This document shows positions 8,179-8,907 of a stretch of 8,907 nucleotides of DNA, in pieces. Source of the stretch: Nitrososphaerota archaeon (GTDB taxonomy: Archaea; Thermoproteota; Nitrososphaeria; Nitrososphaerales; UBA57); the NCBI GenBank assembly GCA_013378385.1, contig JACAFS010000041.1, positions 1-8,907 on the forward strand, written 5' to 3'. Within the stretch, counting starts at the first letter, position 1, and the number at the start of each line of letters is the position of its first letter. The notes under the pieces were generated by a model that had not been told where the DNA came from, ran no database searches, and saw only the letters and a list, made by a program, of their open reading frames with translations. A program made the translations under genes and the position numbers.

Positions 8179-8595
8179 CTATTGTAAGGGGGGTCTTTTC
8201 TGGACATATCGATAATTCCTCATAGAACCATTACGAGTCAATATATTTTCTCTAACAAGATCTTTTAATGAGTGTGAAATACTTGTTTTATCATAATGAT
8301 AACCGCGTCGCGATAATTCTTCGTCTACTTCGGACAGGTTTCTTTCTTTGGTAAACCAATTTTCCTGCCATAAAGTCTCAATTAAATCTCTACATATAAC
8401 ATGTTCAGTGGATTTAGTCATCCTACTAGAAATAGTAGGTTTAGGATTGTCAGACACAGATGGGACAGATATTTTTGTATCAATGCCGCCAATTACATTT
8501 TCAACAGTTTGTTTAACTTTGTCTTCAGGGCAAGATATTTCGACCTCCCAATCTCCATGCTTCAGTTTTACTGTAATTTTTTCTTTATCAGACAT
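8179..8595 (-). CDS. Hypothetical protein with N-terminal beta-hairpin/helix module and C-terminal winged helix, 138 aa (paralog 1, first gene of cluster)
   Basis: ATG at 8595-8593 and TAG at 8181-8179. The N-terminus ITVKLKHGDWEVEISC (nt 8530-8577) is followed by the helix KVKQTVENVIGGI and an S/T/P-rich linker. The wH-like region (nt 8203-8400) ends in a RNYRYV wing. Confidence 0.78.
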   Translation of the reverse strand: MSDKEKITVKLKHGDWEVEISCPEDKVKQTVENVIGGIDTKISVPSVSDNPKPTISSRMTKSTEHVICRDLIETLWQENWFTKERNLSEVDEELSRRGYHYDKTSISHSLKDLVRENILTRNGSMRNYRYVQKRPPLQ

Positions 8596-8606
8596 TTTTA
8601 TCCTTA

Positions 8607-8623
8607 TTGTGCATCTTGCACAA
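8607..8623. promoter_or_regulatory. Perfect inverted repeat TTGTGCA-TCT-TGCACAA, candidate operator of the five-gene cluster
   Basis: Read directly: the arms are 8607-8613 and 8617-8623 with a 3-nt spacer. It lies 12-28 nt upstream of the ATG at 8595 and immediately downstream (in the minus sense) of a TATA-like box. That is the position where archaeal repressors typically block RNAP recruitment. Confidence 0.45.
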
Positions 8624-8625
8624 CA

Positions 8626-8634
8626 TTTATATTT
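8626..8634. promoter_or_regulatory. TATA-like element TTTATATTT / AAATATAAA in the divergent intergenic region
   Basis: It is centred ~35 nt upstream of the minus-strand ATG at 8595 and ~21-39 nt upstream of the candidate plus-strand ATGs (8651, 8663, 8669). It is near-symmetric, so it could serve either or both directions. Motif-level call only. Confidence 0.3.
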
Positions 8635-8650
8635 GAATCTTTCTCATTCC

Positions 8651-8907
8651 ATGTTGGGCAAGATGGGCATGAATTATATTACACGAGAGAAAAATCAAAC
8701 AAGTATAATAGAATTATTGGATAATATAGAGATCCCAGATAAACAGAATAATGAAAAAGAAGATTTTATGAAAATATTGAATAAATTAATTGAAATAAAA
8801 TTAAATGAGTTAGGAAAAACATATTTCGAAGTTGTTAAAGAGAATAAAACAAGAGAAACACAACTCAGAAAACTAAATGCATGGGCAATTTGGCTTGAAG
8901 AAAATGA
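8651..8907 (+). CDS. Partial hypothetical protein running off the right edge (MLGKMGMNYITREKNQTSIIELLDNIEIPDKQNNEKEDFMKILNKLIEIKLNELGKTYFEVVKENKTRETQLRKLNAWAIWLEEN...)
   Basis: By hand translation this frame is open from 8438 to the window end with no stop, which is why it is missing from the ORF track. Candidate starts outside the neighbouring gene are ATG 8651, 8663, 8669 and 8768, so the start is uncertain. The sequence is predicted helical and K/E-rich, with no motif I recognise. Confidence 0.45.
   Translation, partial: MLGKMGMNYITREKNQTSIIELLDNIEIPDKQNNEKEDFMKILNKLIEIKLNELGKTYFEVVKENKTRETQLRKLNAWAIWLEEN

Noticed and set aside
8401-8724. 107-aa plus-strand ORF
   Set aside because: Its first ~195 nt are antisense to the 138-aa wHTH gene, and its translation is F/C/R/Y-rich nonsense. 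A different plus frame (8651 onward) stays open to the window end and is the better candidate for the divergent gene.
8751-8771. ATG at 8751 as the start of the right-edge gene
   Set aside because: That frame reads MKKKIL and then hits TGA at 8769-8771, so it is not the open frame.
6581-8907. Right-hand region as an integrated mobile element or provirus
   Set aside because: I saw no integrase or transposase, no flanking tRNA, no terminal direct or inverted repeats bracketing the region, and no composition shift relative to the housekeeping genes. The only repeats are the internal gene-duplication repeats. A distant viral ancestry cannot be excluded from sequence alone.

Overview
Visibly AT-rich archaeal chromosomal segment. 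A group II chaperonin and a PIN/P-loop ATPase/KH fusion protein mark it as archaeal; the composition and gene set resemble marine Nitrosopumilus-like Thaumarchaeota, but that placement is inference. The left ~6.6 kb is housekeeping. On the minus strand it carries a thermosome subunit with a GGM-repeat tail, an unlisted 41-aa CxxC..CxxC mini-ORF, and a translationally coupled tldD-pmbA metalloprotease pair. The PIN-ATPase-KH gene is transcribed divergently on the plus strand. The right ~2.3 kb is the unusual part: a tightly packed five-gene minus-strand cluster (6581-8595). It encodes three distant paralogs with the same architecture (N-terminal beta-hairpin+helix module, S/T/N/P-rich linker, C-terminal winged helix), followed by two tandem paralogous 2-TM miniproteins. 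The miniprotein ends are 89-100% identical at nucleotide level while the central loop has diverged. A perfect 7-3-7 palindrome sits between a TATA-like box and the first gene of the cluster. I cannot tie any of the five genes to a characterised family beyond a generic wHTH, so I flag the cluster as a candidate uncharacterised membrane-linked regulatory module. A partial divergent ORF runs off the right edge. I saw no tRNA, rRNA, CRISPR array, integrase or transposase.
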